This document shows, piece by piece, positions 1-9,817 of a stretch of DNA of 64,000 bases; positions within the stretch are counted from its first letter, which is position 1, and every line of letters begins with the position of its first letter. The DNA lies in the NCBI GenBank assembly GCA_947493215.1, contig CANLQE010000001.1, positions 1,611,404 through 1,675,403 of the forward strand, written 5' to 3'. The DNA comes from an uncultured Sphingomonadaceae bacterium. Its GTDB lineage: Bacteria > Pseudomonadota > Alphaproteobacteria > Sphingomonadales > Sphingomonadaceae. The notes beneath the pieces were generated by a model, which was not told where the DNA came from, made no database searches, and saw only the letters and a program-made list of their open reading frames with translations. Position numbers and translations under genes: made by a program.

Positions 1-33
1 CCGTCTAGTTTGGTTGATCTTCGGATCAATTAA
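1..33 (+). CDS. rpsJ: 30S ribosomal protein S10, 3' end only (partial at window edge)
   Basis: Frame 1 reads ...PSSLVDLRIN-stop ending at 33, directly upstream of rplC as in the conserved S10 operon. Only 10 codons are visible, so the call rests mainly on position. Confidence 0.45.
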   Translation, partial: PSSLVDLRIN

Positions 34-135
34 ACGGTTTAGCCCGGACGGGGCGATATTCGAAAATTTGGGCTGAGTATTTTAGGCACGCCCGCTGGCA
101 ATTCCGCACGTGGGCCTCTGTAAGGAGAAATGATC

Positions 136-978
136 GTGCGTACTGGCGTGATCGCGAAAAAAATGGGGATGACCCGCTTGTTTCAGGAAGATGGTCGGCA
201 TGTGCCGGTAACCGTTCTTTCCTTGGAAGAGTGTCAGGTTGTTGGAGCCCGTAATCAAGAACGTGATGGCTATTTTGCTGTTCAGCTTGGTGCAGGTGCC
301 CGTAAAGCGAAAAATGTAAACAAACCACAGCGTGAAGCTTTTGCAAAAGCGGAAGTTGAGCCAAAGGCTCGTGTTGCCGAATTCCGGGTTGAGAGCGAAG
401 AAGGCTTGCTCCCCGTTGGCGCGACAATCACTGCTGACCACTTTATTGCTGGTCAAATGGTAGATATTCAAGGTGTGACGCAAGGTAAAGGCTTTGCCGG
501 CGCCATGAAGCGTTGGGGTTTCGGCGGTATGCGTGCAACCCATGGTGTTTCTATCTCTCACCGTGCCCATGGTTCTACTGGTCAAAACCAGGATCCAGGT
601 AAGGTCTTCAAAGGTAAGAAGATGGCTGGTCACATGGGTGCAAAAAACCGCACTCAGCAAAATCTGGAAATCGTCCGTACAGACGCCGCTCGCGGTTTGA
701 TCTTTGTGCGCGGCAGCGTTCCTGGTTCTAAAGGTGGCTGGTTGTTGGTTAAAGATGCGGTGAAAGTTGCTCTTCCAGAAGGTGTTCCATTCCCAGGCGC
801 TATGCGCCGCAACGCGGATGAGACGGCAACTGAAGATGCGCCAGCAGGAATGATCGAGGCGGATGCAGCGATCGAACGTCCGGTTGGTCCGAGCGATGCT
901 GAAATTGCAGCCGCTGCAGCGGAAGCTCCGGCTGAAGACAAGTCTGATGCCAAAGACGATGCAGGGAAGGAGGGCTAA
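136..978 (+). CDS. rplC: 50S ribosomal protein L3
   Basis: Translation [16 protein letters not shown]... is the canonical L3 N-terminus. AAGGAG at 122-127 lies 8 nt from GTG 136 but only 2 nt from ATG 130, so GTG 136 is preferred and ATG 130 is the alternative. It carries an acidic/Ala-rich C-terminal tail of about 60 aa. Confidence 0.95.
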   Translation: MRTGVIAKKMGMTRLFQEDGRHVPVTVLSLEECQVVGARNQERDGYFAVQLGAGARKAKNVNKPQREAFAKAEVEPKARVAEFRVESEEGLLPVGATITADHFIAGQMVDIQGVTQGKGFAGAMKRWGFGGMRATHGVSISHRAHGSTGQNQDPGKVFKGKKMAGHMGAKNRTQQNLEIVRTDAARGLIFVRGSVPGSKGGWLLVKDAVKVALPEGVPFPGAMRRNADETATEDAPAGMIEADAAIERPVGPSDAEIAAAAAEAPAEDKSDAKDDAGKEG

Positions 979-981
979 GCC

Positions 982-1608
982 ATGAAATTGAAAGTGAAAA
1001 CCCTCGACGCAAAAGCTAAAGGCGACATCGATTTGAACGATGACGTATTCGGCATTGAAGCGCGCGCAGACATATTGCACCGCGTCGTCAACTGGCAGCG
1101 TGAAAATGCTCGTGGCACAGCTCGTGCTGTTCGCGAACGTGGTGACGTTAACCGTACCGGCAAGAAATTCGGGAATCAAAAAGGCGGCGGTACCGCTCGT
1201 CATGGTTCACGCCGGGCCCCAATTTTTATTGGTGGTGGTAAAGCGCACGGTCCTCGCAAGCGTGACTTCAATCCTTCGCTGAACAAGAAAGTTCGCGCAT
1301 TGGGTCTGAAAATGGCTCTGTCTGACAAAGCTAAGAATGACAATCTGGTGATCCTTGAAAATCTGGACATCAAAGAAGCTAAAACTCAATTGCTGATCGC
1401 GGATATCGCGAAGCTCGGTTTTGGCAAGTCTGCTTTGGTTATGGATGGCGATGCCGTGAACGACGCTTTTACGAAAGCATCTTCAAACATTCCACGTCTG
1501 AACGTGATGCCAGCCGCTGGTGCCAATGTTTATGACATTTTGAACCACGAAACTTTGGTGCTGACTCGCGCCGCAGTTGAAAAGTTGGAGGCGCGCTTCA
1601 ATGGCTAA
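982..1608 (+). CDS. rplD: 50S ribosomal protein L4
   Basis: 208 aa ORF with the L4 hallmark ...[32 protein letters not shown].... GGAGGG precedes the ATG. It sits between rplC and rplW. Confidence 0.96.
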   Translation: MKLKVKTLDAKAKGDIDLNDDVFGIEARADILHRVVNWQRENARGTARAVRERGDVNRTGKKFGNQKGGGTARHGSRRAPIFIGGGKAHGPRKRDFNPSLNKKVRALGLKMALSDKAKNDNLVILENLDIKEAKTQLLIADIAKLGFGKSALVMDGDAVNDAFTKASSNIPRLNVMPAAGANVYDILNHETLVLTRAAVEKLEARFNG

Positions 1609-1909
1609 AAAAGAAGCAATAGACATTCGTCACTATGACGTAATTGTTGGCCCGCACATCACCGAGAAATCAACCTTGCTCAGCGAACATAATGCTGTGG
1701 TTTTCAAAGTTGCGAACACCGCGACCAAACCACAGATTAAAGCCGCCATCGAGGCGTTGTTTGATGTCAAAGTCAAAAACGTCAACACGTTGGTGCAAAA
1801 GGGCAAGACCAAGAAGTGGAAGGGCCGCCCCTACACTCGCAACGATGTTAAGAAAGCTGTCGTGACTTTGGCTGAAGGCCAGACCATCGACATAACCACG
1901 GGAGTTTAA
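1601..1909 (+). CDS. rplW: 50S ribosomal protein L23
   Basis: [24 protein letters not shown]... The ATG at 1601 overlaps the rplD stop (ATGGCTAA). The track ORF start at 1577 lies inside rplD and is unlikely. Confidence 0.95.
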   Translation: MAKKEAIDIRHYDVIVGPHITEKSTLLSEHNAVVFKVANTATKPQIKAAIEALFDVKVKNVNTLVQKGKTKKWKGRPYTRNDVKKAVVTLAEGQTIDITTGV

Positions 1910-1915
1910 GGGCAC

Positions 1916-2752
1916 ATGGCATTAAAATCCTATAAACCGACAAGTCCCGCACGGCGTGGTCTTATCCTGGTCGACAAGAGCGGCCTTTGGAAGGGCAAGC
2001 CTGTCAAAAAGCTTGTCGAAGGCCAGAGCAAAACTGGTGGTCGTAATAATAAAGGTCATGTGACATCTCGCGGTATCGCGGGCGGTCATAAGCATAAATA
2101 TCGTCTGGTCGATTTCAAGCGCCGGAAGTTTGATATGGCTGCAACCGTCGAGCGGATCGAATATGATCCTAACCGGACGGCCTTTATCGCCCTTATCCAA
2201 TATGAAGATGGCGAGCAGAGCTATATCTTGGCACCGCAGCGTCTGGCCATTGGTGACACGGTCATCGCTGGTGAGAAAGTTGACGTAAAGCCAGGCAACG
2301 CGATGAAATTGTCGCAAATGCCAATCGGTACAATCATCCACAATGTGGAAATGAAGCCAGGTAAGGGCGGTCAGATTGCTCGCTCTGCTGGTACATATGT
2401 CCAGATTGTTGGTCGTGACCGCGGTATGGTTATCGTTCGTCTGAACTCAGGTGAGCAGCGTTATATCCGCAGCGATTGCATGGGCACGGTTGGCGCGGTT
2501 TCAAACCCCGACAACTCGAACCAGAATTTCGGTAAAGCTGGCCGTACCCGTTGGAAGGGCCGTCGTCCTTTGACACGTGGTGTTGCTAAAAACCCTGTCG
2601 ATCACCCGCATGGTGGTGGTGAAGGTCGGACCTCCGGTGGTCGTCATCCAGTGACGCCATGGGGCAAGCCAACTAAGGGCGCTCGTACTCGTAAGAATAA
2701 AACGACCGACAAGATGATCATCCGGTCGCGTCACGCTAAGAAGAAGAGGTAA
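1916..2752 (+). CDS. rplB: 50S ribosomal protein L2
   Basis: [15 protein letters not shown]... and ...HPHGGGEGR..., conserved L2 motifs. Confidence 0.98.
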   Translation: MALKSYKPTSPARRGLILVDKSGLWKGKPVKKLVEGQSKTGGRNNKGHVTSRGIAGGHKHKYRLVDFKRRKFDMAATVERIEYDPNRTAFIALIQYEDGEQSYILAPQRLAIGDTVIAGEKVDVKPGNAMKLSQMPIGTIIHNVEMKPGKGGQIARSAGTYVQIVGRDRGMVIVRLNSGEQRYIRSDCMGTVGAVSNPDNSNQNFGKAGRTRWKGRRPLTRGVAKNPVDHPHGGGEGRTSGGRHPVTPWGKPTKGARTRKNKTTDKMIIRSRHAKKKR

Positions 2753-2754
2753 GC

Positions 2755-3030
2755 ATGGCTCGTTCCATCAAAAAAGGTCCATTTGTTGACCTCCACCTGC
2801 TGAAAAAAGCGCAGACCGCTCAAGAAGAAAGTAAGCGTACGCCCATCAAGACATGGTCGCGTCGTTCCACCGTTCTTCCTGATTTTGTAGGCCTGACTTT
2901 CAGTGTTTATAATGGCCAGAAATTCATTCCGGTTTCCGTGAATGAAGACATGGTTGGCCACAAGCTTGGCGAGTTCGCTCCTACGCGTAACTATTACGGC
3001 CACGGCGCTGACAAAAAAGGCAAGAAATAA
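2755..3030 (+). CDS. rpsS: 30S ribosomal protein S19
   Basis: [18 protein letters not shown]...NGQKFIPV... Confidence 0.98.
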   Translation: MARSIKKGPFVDLHLLKKAQTAQEESKRTPIKTWSRRSTVLPDFVGLTFSVYNGQKFIPVSVNEDMVGHKLGEFAPTRNYYGHGADKKGKK

Positions 3031-3416
3031 TGGGTAAGGCATCATCACCCCGCCGCGTTGGCGACAATGAAGCTTTGGCTGTTGGCAATTCCATTCGTGG
3101 ATCTGCCCAAAAGCTGAACCTTGTTGCTCAATTGATCCGCGGCAAGAAAGCGGAAGACGCTTTGAACATCCTGTCCTTCTCTAAAAAGAGTATGGCAAAA
3201 GATGTAAGCAAGGTTCTCGCATCCGCCATCGCCAATGCAGAAAACAACCATAATCTGGATGTTGATGCATTGATTGTTCAGGAAGCCAGTGTTGGTAAGG
3301 GCTTGACCATGAAGCGTTTCAAAGCGCGTGCTCGTGGCCGTTCCGCGCAAATCCTGAAACCTTTCAGCCGCGTTCGCATCGTTGTTCGCGAACACGAAGA
3401 AGAAGAAAAGGCGTAA
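3030..3416 (+). CDS. rplV: 50S ribosomal protein L22
   Basis: TAATG overlap with rpsS. ...[17 protein letters not shown]... Acidic C-terminus EHEEEEKA. Confidence 0.96.
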   Translation: MGKASSPRRVGDNEALAVGNSIRGSAQKLNLVAQLIRGKKAEDALNILSFSKKSMAKDVSKVLASAIANAENNHNLDVDALIVQEASVGKGLTMKRFKARARGRSAQILKPFSRVRIVVREHEEEEKA

Positions 3417-3419
3417 ACC

Positions 3420-4115
3420 ATGGGTCAAAAAAGTAATCCTATCGGGCTTCGCCTGCAGATTAACCGGACTTGGGATAGCCGCTGGTATGCGGAAGGTTCT
3501 AATTACGGCGATCTCTTGATGGAAGACATCAAGATGCGCAAATTCATCATGGAAACCGTGCCACAAGCTGCGATTTCCAAGGTGGTGATTGAGCGTCCAG
3601 CCAAAACCTGCCGCGTTTCTATCTATGCTGCTCGTCCTGGTGTTATCATTGGCAAAAAAGGCGCGGATATTGAAAAGCTGCGTCGTAAGCTCAGCGACAT
3701 GTCGACCGGCGATGTATCGTTGAATATTGTCGAAATTCGTAAGCCAGAAGTTGACGCGCAATTGGTGGCACAAGGCATTGGTGATCAGTTGATCCGCCGT
3801 GTCGCTTTCCGCCGGGCCATGAAGCGTGCGGTCCAATCCGCTCTGCGTCTGGGCGCTGAAGGAATCAAAATTGTTTGTGGTGGCCGTTTGGGTGGAGCAG
3901 AAATTGCCCGCGTTGAATGGTACCGTGAAGGCCGCGTGCCACTCCATACACTGCGCGCCAATATCGACTATGCTGAATATGAAGCGCTGACTGCTTACGG
4001 TATTATCGGTATCAAGGTTTGGATTTTCAAAGGCGAGATATTGGGTCACGACCCAATGGCTCAGGATCGGTTGATGGTAGAAGCACAGACTTCTGGCGTC
4101 CGCCCCTCTCGTTGA
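3420..4115 (+). CDS. rpsC: 30S ribosomal protein S3
   Basis: [24 protein letters not shown]..., KH domain region. Confidence 0.98.
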   Translation: MGQKSNPIGLRLQINRTWDSRWYAEGSNYGDLLMEDIKMRKFIMETVPQAAISKVVIERPAKTCRVSIYAARPGVIIGKKGADIEKLRRKLSDMSTGDVSLNIVEIRKPEVDAQLVAQGIGDQLIRRVAFRRAMKRAVQSALRLGAEGIKIVCGGRLGGAEIARVEWYREGRVPLHTLRANIDYAEYEALTAYGIIGIKVWIFKGEILGHDPMAQDRLMVEAQTSGVRPSR

Positions 4116-4139
4116 ACATTAGGGAATAGGTAAAGCATC

Positions 4140-4571
4140 ATGCTGCAACCAAAGAAACATAAATTCCGCAAGGCTTTCAAAGGCCGAATTAAAGGAAAAG
4201 CACCGGGCGGCACGACGCTGAACTTTGGATCTTATGGTCTCAAGGCGATGGAGCCGGATCGGATTACAGCGCGTCAAATCGAAGCGGCTCGTCGTGCGAT
4301 CACACGTCACATGAAACGGCAAGGTCGTTTGTGGATTCGTATCTTCCCAGATGTACCGGTTTCAAAGAAGCCTGCTGAAGTGCGTCAGGGTAAAGGTAAG
4401 GGTTCAGTTGAATATTGGGCTTGCCGGGTAAAGCCAGGCCGGATCATGTTTGAACTGGACGGCGTTCCTGGACCAGTTGCTGCTGTTGCTTTCGAGCGTG
4501 CGGCGATGAAGCTTCCTATCAAGACAAAAGTCGTGGCTCGCCTAGGCGACACGTCCCATTTGGAAGGTTAA
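4140..4571 (+). CDS. rplP: 50S ribosomal protein L16
   Basis: [19 protein letters not shown]... Confidence 0.98.
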   Translation: MLQPKKHKFRKAFKGRIKGKAPGGTTLNFGSYGLKAMEPDRITARQIEAARRAITRHMKRQGRLWIRIFPDVPVSKKPAEVRQGKGKGSVEYWACRVKPGRIMFELDGVPGPVAAVAFERAAMKLPIKTKVVARLGDTSHLEG

Positions 4572-4575
4572 GGAC

Positions 4576-4788
4576 ATGAGCAAGACAGAAGATTTGCGTA
4601 CCAAGACCGACGATCAGCTTTCCAGCGATCTGGCCGAACTGAAGCGTGAGGCATTTAACCTGCGCTTTCAGTCTGCGACCAACCAGCTAGAAAAGCCAAG
4701 TCGGATCCGTGAAGTGCGCCGCACGATTGCGACGATTAAAACCCTGCAGAACGAGCGCGCGAAAGCGGCCGTCGCAGAAAAGGCGTAA
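4576..4788 (+). CDS. rpmC: 50S ribosomal protein L29
   Basis: 70 aa, ...LAELKREAFNLRFQSATNQLEKPSRIREVRR..., located between rplP and rpsQ. Confidence 0.95.
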   Translation: MSKTEDLRTKTDDQLSSDLAELKREAFNLRFQSATNQLEKPSRIREVRRTIATIKTLQNERAKAAVAEKA

Positions 4789-4797
4789 GGAACCGAT

Positions 4798-5109
4798 ATG
4801 CCAAAACGTATTCTCACCGGCACCGTAGTGTCAGACAAAGGCGACAAAACAGTTGTCGTTAATGTCGAACGCAAAGTGAAGCATCCGCTTTACGGAAAAA
4901 TTATGCGTCGTTCGAAAAAATATCACGCGCATGATGAAAAGAACGAGATGAGCACCGGTGAAACCGTGCGCATTGAGGAAACAAAACCAATTTCCAAGCT
5001 TAAAACTTGGAAGGTGTTGGAACGGGTTGGCGCTGCCGCTGCTCCGGCTACACCAAAAGTTGGCGAAATTACTGCTGCAGACGAAGGCGAAGTCAAAGCC
5101 GAAAGCTGA
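4798..5109 (+). CDS. rpsQ: 30S ribosomal protein S17
   Basis: [34 protein letters not shown]... Ala/Glu-rich C-terminal tail of about 20 aa. Confidence 0.96.
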   Translation: MPKRILTGTVVSDKGDKTVVVNVERKVKHPLYGKIMRRSKKYHAHDEKNEMSTGETVRIEETKPISKLKTWKVLERVGAAAAPATPKVGEITAADEGEVKAES

Positions 5110-5170
5110 AGCTAGCGAAGTTTAACTGTGCTCCGTTGATCCGGGGCGGAATGAAGAAGGAATTGGATCC

Positions 5171-5539
5171 ATGATCCAGATGCAATCGAACTTGGAGGTC
5201 GCTGACAATAGCGGAGCCAAACGCGTGCAGTGTATCAAGGTGCTGGGCGGTTCCAAGCGCCGGTTTGCTGGCGTTGGCGACATTATTGTTGTGTCGATCA
5301 AGGAAGCTGCGCCGCGCGGTAAGGTCAAAAAAGGTGATGTTCACCGGGCCGTTATCGTTCGCACACGTAAAGATATCCGCCGCAAAGACGGTTCGGTTAT
5401 CCGCTTTGACACCAATGCTGCGGTATTGGTCAACAATGCGAAGGAGCCAATCGGCACCCGCATCTTTGGCCCAGTGGTTCGCGAATTGCGCGCCAAGAAG
5501 CATATGAAAATCATCAGTCTTGCACCGGAGGTACTATAA
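5171..5539 (+). CDS. rplN: 50S ribosomal protein L14
   Basis: [28 protein letters not shown]... Confidence 0.98.
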   Translation: MIQMQSNLEVADNSGAKRVQCIKVLGGSKRRFAGVGDIIVVSIKEAAPRGKVKKGDVHRAVIVRTRKDIRRKDGSVIRFDTNAAVLVNNAKEPIGTRIFGPVVRELRAKKHMKIISLAPEVL

Positions 5540-5541
5540 TC

Positions 5542-5862
5542 ATGGCCAGTGCAAAAATTAAAAAAGGCGACACCGTTGTTGTTCTGTCCGGCAAGGACAA
5601 AGGCAAATCCGGTGAAGTGACCAAAGTGATGCCAAAAGACGGTAAGTTGATCGTCGCTGGTGCCAATGTCGCTGTGCGTCACCGCAAACCAACACAGGCT
5701 AACCCTCAAGGTGGCCTGGAACGCCGTGAAGCACCAATGCATATCAGCAAAGTTGCTCTGGCCGATCCTAAAGATGGCAAGCCCACCCGGGTTCGCTTCG
5801 AAGAGAAAGACGGAAAAATGGTCCGCGTGGCCGTGAAGTCCGGGGAGAAAGTCGATGGCTGA
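5542..5862 (+). CDS. rplX: 50S ribosomal protein L24
   Basis: [26 protein letters not shown]..., KOW motif. Confidence 0.97.
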   Translation: MASAKIKKGDTVVVLSGKDKGKSGEVTKVMPKDGKLIVAGANVAVRHRKPTQANPQGGLERREAPMHISKVALADPKDGKPTRVRFEEKDGKMVRVAVKSGEKVDG

Positions 5863-6433
5863 TAAAGTTTTGCCGCGCATGCGCAAAAAATATGACGATG
5901 AAATCGTCAAAGCGATGCAAGAAAAATTCAACTACTCCAATCACATGGAAGTGCCACGCATCTTAAAGATCGTGCTGAACATGGGTGTTGGTGAAGGTAG
6001 TCAGGACAAAAAGAAAACGACGCTCGCTGCGAAAGAAATGGAACTGATCGCTGGTCAGAAGCCTGTCATTACAAAAGCAAAAACGTCAATTGCGACGTTC
6101 AAGCTGCGTGAAGGCATGCCGATCGGTTGTAAAGTGACTTTGCGACGAGAGCGGATGTTCGAATTTCTCGATCGTTTGGTGACTGTTGCAATGCCACGTA
6201 TTCGTGACTTTCGCGGACTGAACCCGAATAGCTTTGATGGCCGCGGCAACTTTGCCATGGGTATTAAAGAACAGATTATTTTTCCAGAGATTGCCTATGA
6301 CGACATCGACGTGGTGCGCGGCATGGACATTATCGTGACGACTAGCGCGAAAACGAACGATGAAGCTCGTGAGCTTTTGAAATTATTCGGTTTCCCGTTC
6401 CCGCAGGAAGAAGAAGAGCAAGCAGCAGCATAA
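5855..6433 (+). CDS. rplE: 50S ribosomal protein L5
   Basis: 8-nt overlap with rplX. ...[16 protein letters not shown]...RDFRGL... C-terminus QEEEEQAAA. Confidence 0.97.
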   Translation: MADKVLPRMRKKYDDEIVKAMQEKFNYSNHMEVPRILKIVLNMGVGEGSQDKKKTTLAAKEMELIAGQKPVITKAKTSIATFKLREGMPIGCKVTLRRERMFEFLDRLVTVAMPRIRDFRGLNPNSFDGRGNFAMGIKEQIIFPEIAYDDIDVVRGMDIIVTTSAKTNDEARELLKLFGFPFPQEEEEQAAA

Positions 6434-6502
6434 CGCTGTCATTGAATTCATAATATCGCGGCGTGCTGCCGGGATACGCAAGAAAGGAAGAGAACTTAAG
6501 TC

Positions 6503-6808
6503 ATGGCGAAACTGAGTTCCATTAATAAAAACGAACGTCGCAAAAAGCTGGTGAAGAAATATGCTGGCCGTTATGCGAAGTTGAAGGCGATGGCCAACGA
6601 TCAGTCTCTTGATGAGACCGAGCGGTTGATGGCGCGTCTGAAAATGGCGGAAATACCGCGCAACGGTAATCCAACCCGTGTGCGGAACCGCTGCGAAACA
6701 ACAGGGCGTCCGCGCGGCTATTACCGCAAGTTCCGTCTCTGTCGCATCGAGCTGCGTGATATGGCCAATAAAGGTCTTATCCCCGGCGTAACGAAATCCA
6801 GCTGGTAA
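6503..6808 (+). CDS. rpsN: 30S ribosomal protein S14
   Basis: [20 protein letters not shown]...[25 protein letters not shown]... This is the long, non-zinc form. Confidence 0.97.
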   Translation: MAKLSSINKNERRKKLVKKYAGRYAKLKAMANDQSLDETERLMARLKMAEIPRNGNPTRVRNRCETTGRPRGYYRKFRLCRIELRDMANKGLIPGVTKSSW

Positions 6809-6820
6809 AGGGAAGATAAT

Positions 6821-7216
6821 ATGTCATTTACCGATCCCTTGGGTGATATGCTCACCCGTATCCGCAACGGACAGCAAGCACGTAAAGATAGTGTGGTTAG
6901 CCCCGCTTCTAAACTGCGTGGCGCTGTTCTCGAAGTTCTGCAGCGCGAAGGTTATATTCGTGGCTACAGCGAAGAAGAGGTCAACAAGCACCCCGGTCTT
7001 CGTATTGAACTGAAATATTTTGAAGGCGAGCCGGCTATCCGCCACGTGGCCCGTGTTTCGAAACCTGGTCGCCGTATCTACAGCGGTTCAAGTGAACTGC
7101 CAACTGTACGTAACGGCCTGGGCATCACAATTGTTTCGACGCCAAAAGGTGTTTTGTCTGACGCAGAAGCGCGCAGCCAGAATGTCGGCGGCGAAGTACT
7201 CGCAGAGGTGTTCTGA
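6821..7216 (+). CDS. rpsH: 30S ribosomal protein S8
   Basis: [21 protein letters not shown]... Confidence 0.98.
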   Translation: MSFTDPLGDMLTRIRNGQQARKDSVVSPASKLRGAVLEVLQREGYIRGYSEEEVNKHPGLRIELKYFEGEPAIRHVARVSKPGRRIYSGSSELPTVRNGLGITIVSTPKGVLSDAEARSQNVGGEVLAEVF

Positions 7217-7218
7217 TC

Positions 7219-7752
7219 ATGTCTCGTATCGGAAAAAAAGCAGTTAGCATTCCTGATGGCGTTACCGCTAGCATGGAAGATGGTCTGGTTAAGGTCAAAG
7301 GTCCAAAGGGCGAGCTTTCGACCCCTATGGTTGATGACTTGAGCTATGAGCTTAGCGATGGTGGTTTGTTGGTAACACCAGCGAACAAGACCACCCGAGC
7401 ACGCGCCTATTGGGGCATGCAGCGGACGCTGGTTCAGAACTTGATTGACGGTGTGACCGATGGTTTTACCAAGGTTCTGGAAATTACCGGTGTTGGTTAT
7501 CGTGCCGCGGTTAAGGGCAAAGTCCTGAACCTGCAGCTTGGTTTCAGCCATGATGTGAATTTCGACATTCCTGAAGGCATTACCATCAAGACGCCGGATC
7601 AGACGACGATCGAAATTACCGGCATCAACAAACAGCAGGTTGGTCAGGTTGCCGCAGAAATTCGGCGCTGGCGTAAACCGGAGCCTTATAAAGGCAAGGG
7701 TATCAAATATCGCGGCGAATATGTTTTCCGCAAAGAAGGGAAGAAGAAATAA
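7219..7752 (+). CDS. rplF: 50S ribosomal protein L6
   Basis: [15 protein letters not shown]...GVGYRA... Confidence 0.98.
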   Translation: MSRIGKKAVSIPDGVTASMEDGLVKVKGPKGELSTPMVDDLSYELSDGGLLVTPANKTTRARAYWGMQRTLVQNLIDGVTDGFTKVLEITGVGYRAAVKGKVLNLQLGFSHDVNFDIPEGITIKTPDQTTIEITGINKQQVGQVAAEIRRWRKPEPYKGKGIKYRGEYVFRKEGKKK

Positions 7753-7755
7753 GCC

Positions 7756-8109
7756 ATGGCTAATATTTCTCTATTCAAACGGCGTCAGCAACGCGTTCGC
7801 ACCAAATTGCGGAAGCGCGGGCTCACAAAGCCTCGTTTGTCGGTCCATCGTACTGGCCGTCACATCTATGCGCAGGTCATTGACGATGCTGAGGGCAAAA
7901 CTGTTGCCGCTGCTTCAACAATCGACAAAGCGTCCAAGGTAAAAACCGGTGCTGATAGCGCAGCGGCAGCCGATGTCGGCAAACGCGTTGCAGCAGCAGC
8001 GAAAAAAGCTGGCGTCAAAGAAGTAATTTTTGACCGTGGCGGTTTCCTTTATCACGGACGTGTGAAGGCCCTGGCCGACGCGGCCCGCGAAGGCGGATTG
8101 GAGTTTTAA
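7756..8109 (+). CDS. rplR: 50S ribosomal protein L18
   Basis: ...[18 protein letters not shown]...[26 protein letters not shown]. Confidence 0.97.
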   Translation: MANISLFKRRQQRVRTKLRKRGLTKPRLSVHRTGRHIYAQVIDDAEGKTVAAASTIDKASKVKTGADSAAAADVGKRVAAAAKKAGVKEVIFDRGGFLYHGRVKALADAAREGGLEF

Positions 8110-8111
8110 GC

Positions 8112-8849
8112 ATGGCTGAAGAAGAAACAAAAACCGAAGGCACACCAGCCGCTGCAGCACCCGCAGCCGCTGCTCCTGCTACGGAAGAAAAGAAGCCAGA
8201 ACGTCAAGGACGTGGTGGTAACAATCGCGGTGGACGTGACGGCGGCAACAATCGTGGAGGCCGTGACGGCGGACGTGGTCGTGGTCGTGGTGGTCGCGGA
8301 AACAATGACGGTGGTGAAGAACTGATTGAGAAACTCGTTCACATCAACCGCGTTTCCAAAACTGTTAAAGGCGGTAAGCGCTTTGGTTTTGCTGCATTGG
8401 TTGTTGTTGGTGACGGCAAAGGTCGCGCTGGTTTTGGTAAAGGTAAGGCACGCGAAGTGCCTGAAGCTATTACCAAAGCAACTGCTGCTGCGAAAAAGAA
8501 GATGGTTCGTGTTCCATTGCGTGAAGGTCGTACCTTGCATCATGACGGCACCGGTCAATTTGGCGCGGGCAATGTGACCTTGCGTTCGGCACCTCCAGGT
8601 ACTGGTATCATTGCTGGTGGTCCTATGCGTGCGGTTTTCGAAAGTCTTGGTGTTGCCGATGTGGTGACCAAGTCTAACGGAACGTCGAATCCTTATAACA
8701 TGATCCGGGCGACATTTGTGGCGCTTGGTGAGCAGACCAGCCCTAAGTCTGTGTCCCAGCGGCGCGGCAAGAAAATCGCTGATCTGCTTGGTCGCGGCGG
8801 CGCTTCTGAAGCAGAGGCTGAGGCCGAAGCTGCAGCAGTTACGGAGTAA
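8112..8849 (+). CDS. rpsE: 30S ribosomal protein S5, with an RGG-rich N-terminal extension of about 70 aa and an EA-repeat C-tail
   Basis: The core ...[50 protein letters not shown]... is S5. It is preceded by [55 protein letters not shown]. Confidence 0.96.
   Translation: MAEEETKTEGTPAAAAPAAAAPATEEKKPERQGRGGNNRGGRDGGNNRGGRDGGRGRGRGGRGNNDGGEELIEKLVHINRVSKTVKGGKRFGFAALVVVGDGKGRAGFGKGKAREVPEAITKATAAAKKKMVRVPLREGRTLHHDGTGQFGAGNVTLRSAPPGTGIIAGGPMRAVFESLGVADVVTKSNGTSNPYNMIRATFVALGEQTSPKSVSQRRGKKIADLLGRGGASEAEAEAEAAAVTE
8217..8270 (+). repeat. Tandem 27-nt duplication (2 units, each encoding GNNRGGRDG) inside the rpsE N-terminal extension
   Basis: ggtaacaatcgcggtggacgtgacggc is followed by ggcaacaatcgtggaggccgtgacggc, then cgtggt-type RG repeats up to about 8300. 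Confidence 0.8.
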
Positions 8850-8855
8850 GGCATA

Positions 8856-9035
8856 ATGGCTAAAGTGAAAATCAAACAGGTTGGTTCGCCAATCCGTCGC
8901 CCAGAAGATCAGCGTAAGACGTTGATCGGTTTGGGCCTCAACAAAATGCATCGTGTTTCCGAATTGGAAGACACACCGGAAGTGCGTGGCATGATCCGTA
9001 AGGTGCACCATCTTGTAGAGGTTGTTGAAGGTTAA
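8856..9035 (+). CDS. rpmD: 50S ribosomal protein L30
   Basis: Not in the ORF track (59 aa). I read [59 protein letters not shown]-stop. It is in the expected slot between rpsE and rplO. Confidence 0.93.
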   Translation: MAKVKIKQVGSPIRRPEDQRKTLIGLGLNKMHRVSELEDTPEVRGMIRKVHHLVEVVEG

Positions 9036-9081
9036 ACCCTGAAAACAACCGTGCGAATAAAAGCGAAAGCGAGTACACGAC

Positions 9082-9636
9082 ATGAAATTAAACGAACTTA
9101 GAGATAATGACGGCGCGCGCAAATTGCGTACCCGTGTTGGCCGCGGCATCGGTTCCGGCAAAGGCAAAACAGCCGGGCGTGGTCAAAAAGGCCAGAAGTC
9201 TCGCTCCGGTGTTTCCATCAATGGTTTCGAAGGTGGTCAGATGCCCCTTCACATGCGAATCCCGAAACGTGGTTTCAACAACCCGTTCGGTACCGACTAT
9301 GCTGAAGTCAATCTGGGCATGATCCAGAAATTCATCGACGCCAAGAAGCTTGCCAATAAAGGCACGTTGGATCAGGCGGCTTTGAATGCAGCTGGTCTTA
9401 CCCGTGGCGGTAAAGATGGTGTTCGTTTGCTTGCTAAAGGCGAAATCAAAGCGAAAATCACCATCGCAGTCGCTGGCGCTTCCAAAGCAGCCATCGAAGC
9501 GGTGGAAAAAGCTGGTGGCAAAGTCGAAATAGTGGCTGGCCCAGCGGTGCATCGTCCAAAGAATGAGAAAAAAGCAGTAGCTTCCAAGCCTGCTAAAGAG
9601 AAAAAAGCGGCTAACAGAGCCAAAAAGGAAGATTGA
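9082..9636 (+). CDS. rplO: 50S ribosomal protein L15
   Basis: [41 protein letters not shown]... Lys-rich C-terminal tail of about 35 aa. Confidence 0.97.
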   Translation: MKLNELRDNDGARKLRTRVGRGIGSGKGKTAGRGQKGQKSRSGVSINGFEGGQMPLHMRIPKRGFNNPFGTDYAEVNLGMIQKFIDAKKLANKGTLDQAALNAAGLTRGGKDGVRLLAKGEIKAKITIAVAGASKAAIEAVEKAGGKVEIVAGPAVHRPKNEKKAVASKPAKEKKAANRAKKED

Positions 9637-9651
9637 TTTAAACCAATCAAC

Positions 9652-9693
9652 GGCCCCGCTAAGCTCTAGAGCTTGACGGGGCCTTTCTTTTTT
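9652..9693 (+). terminator. Rho-independent terminator or attenuator between rplO and secY
   Basis: GGCCCCG(CTAAGCTCTAGAGCTTGA)CGGGGCC, where the inner part is itself palindromic, followed by TTTCTTTTTT. Confidence 0.7.
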
Positions 9694-9817
9694 AACTGTA
9701 TCGGCGCAGCTTGATGCCCAAGAGCCTTGTTTTTCGGGCAGCAACATCCGATATGGGATCGATGCATTGATTTGAAGGCGAAACGCCTTCATGAACGGCG
9801 GGTAAGGAACTACTAGC

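Noticed and set aside
82-1203. 373-aa minus-strand ORF antisense to rplC/rplD. Similar long antisense ORFs occur at 3045..4049, 8106..9167, 9088..9819, 25122..25916, 48123..48923 and 48966..49556.
   Set aside because: Each one lies fully opposite a gene with unambiguous conserved protein sequence (ribosomal proteins, acyl-CoA ligase, purL). Their translations are Arg/Ser/Cys/His-rich with no recognisable motifs, which is typical of shadow ORFs.
9791-9805. Tiny upstream ORFs: ATG-AAC-GGC-GGG-TAA before secY, a 17-codon ORF at 41134-41187 before the HPt gene, and 11-16 codon ORFs at 37423-37470.
   Set aside because: They are too short to evaluate and have no convincing SD. I mention them only as possible leader peptides.
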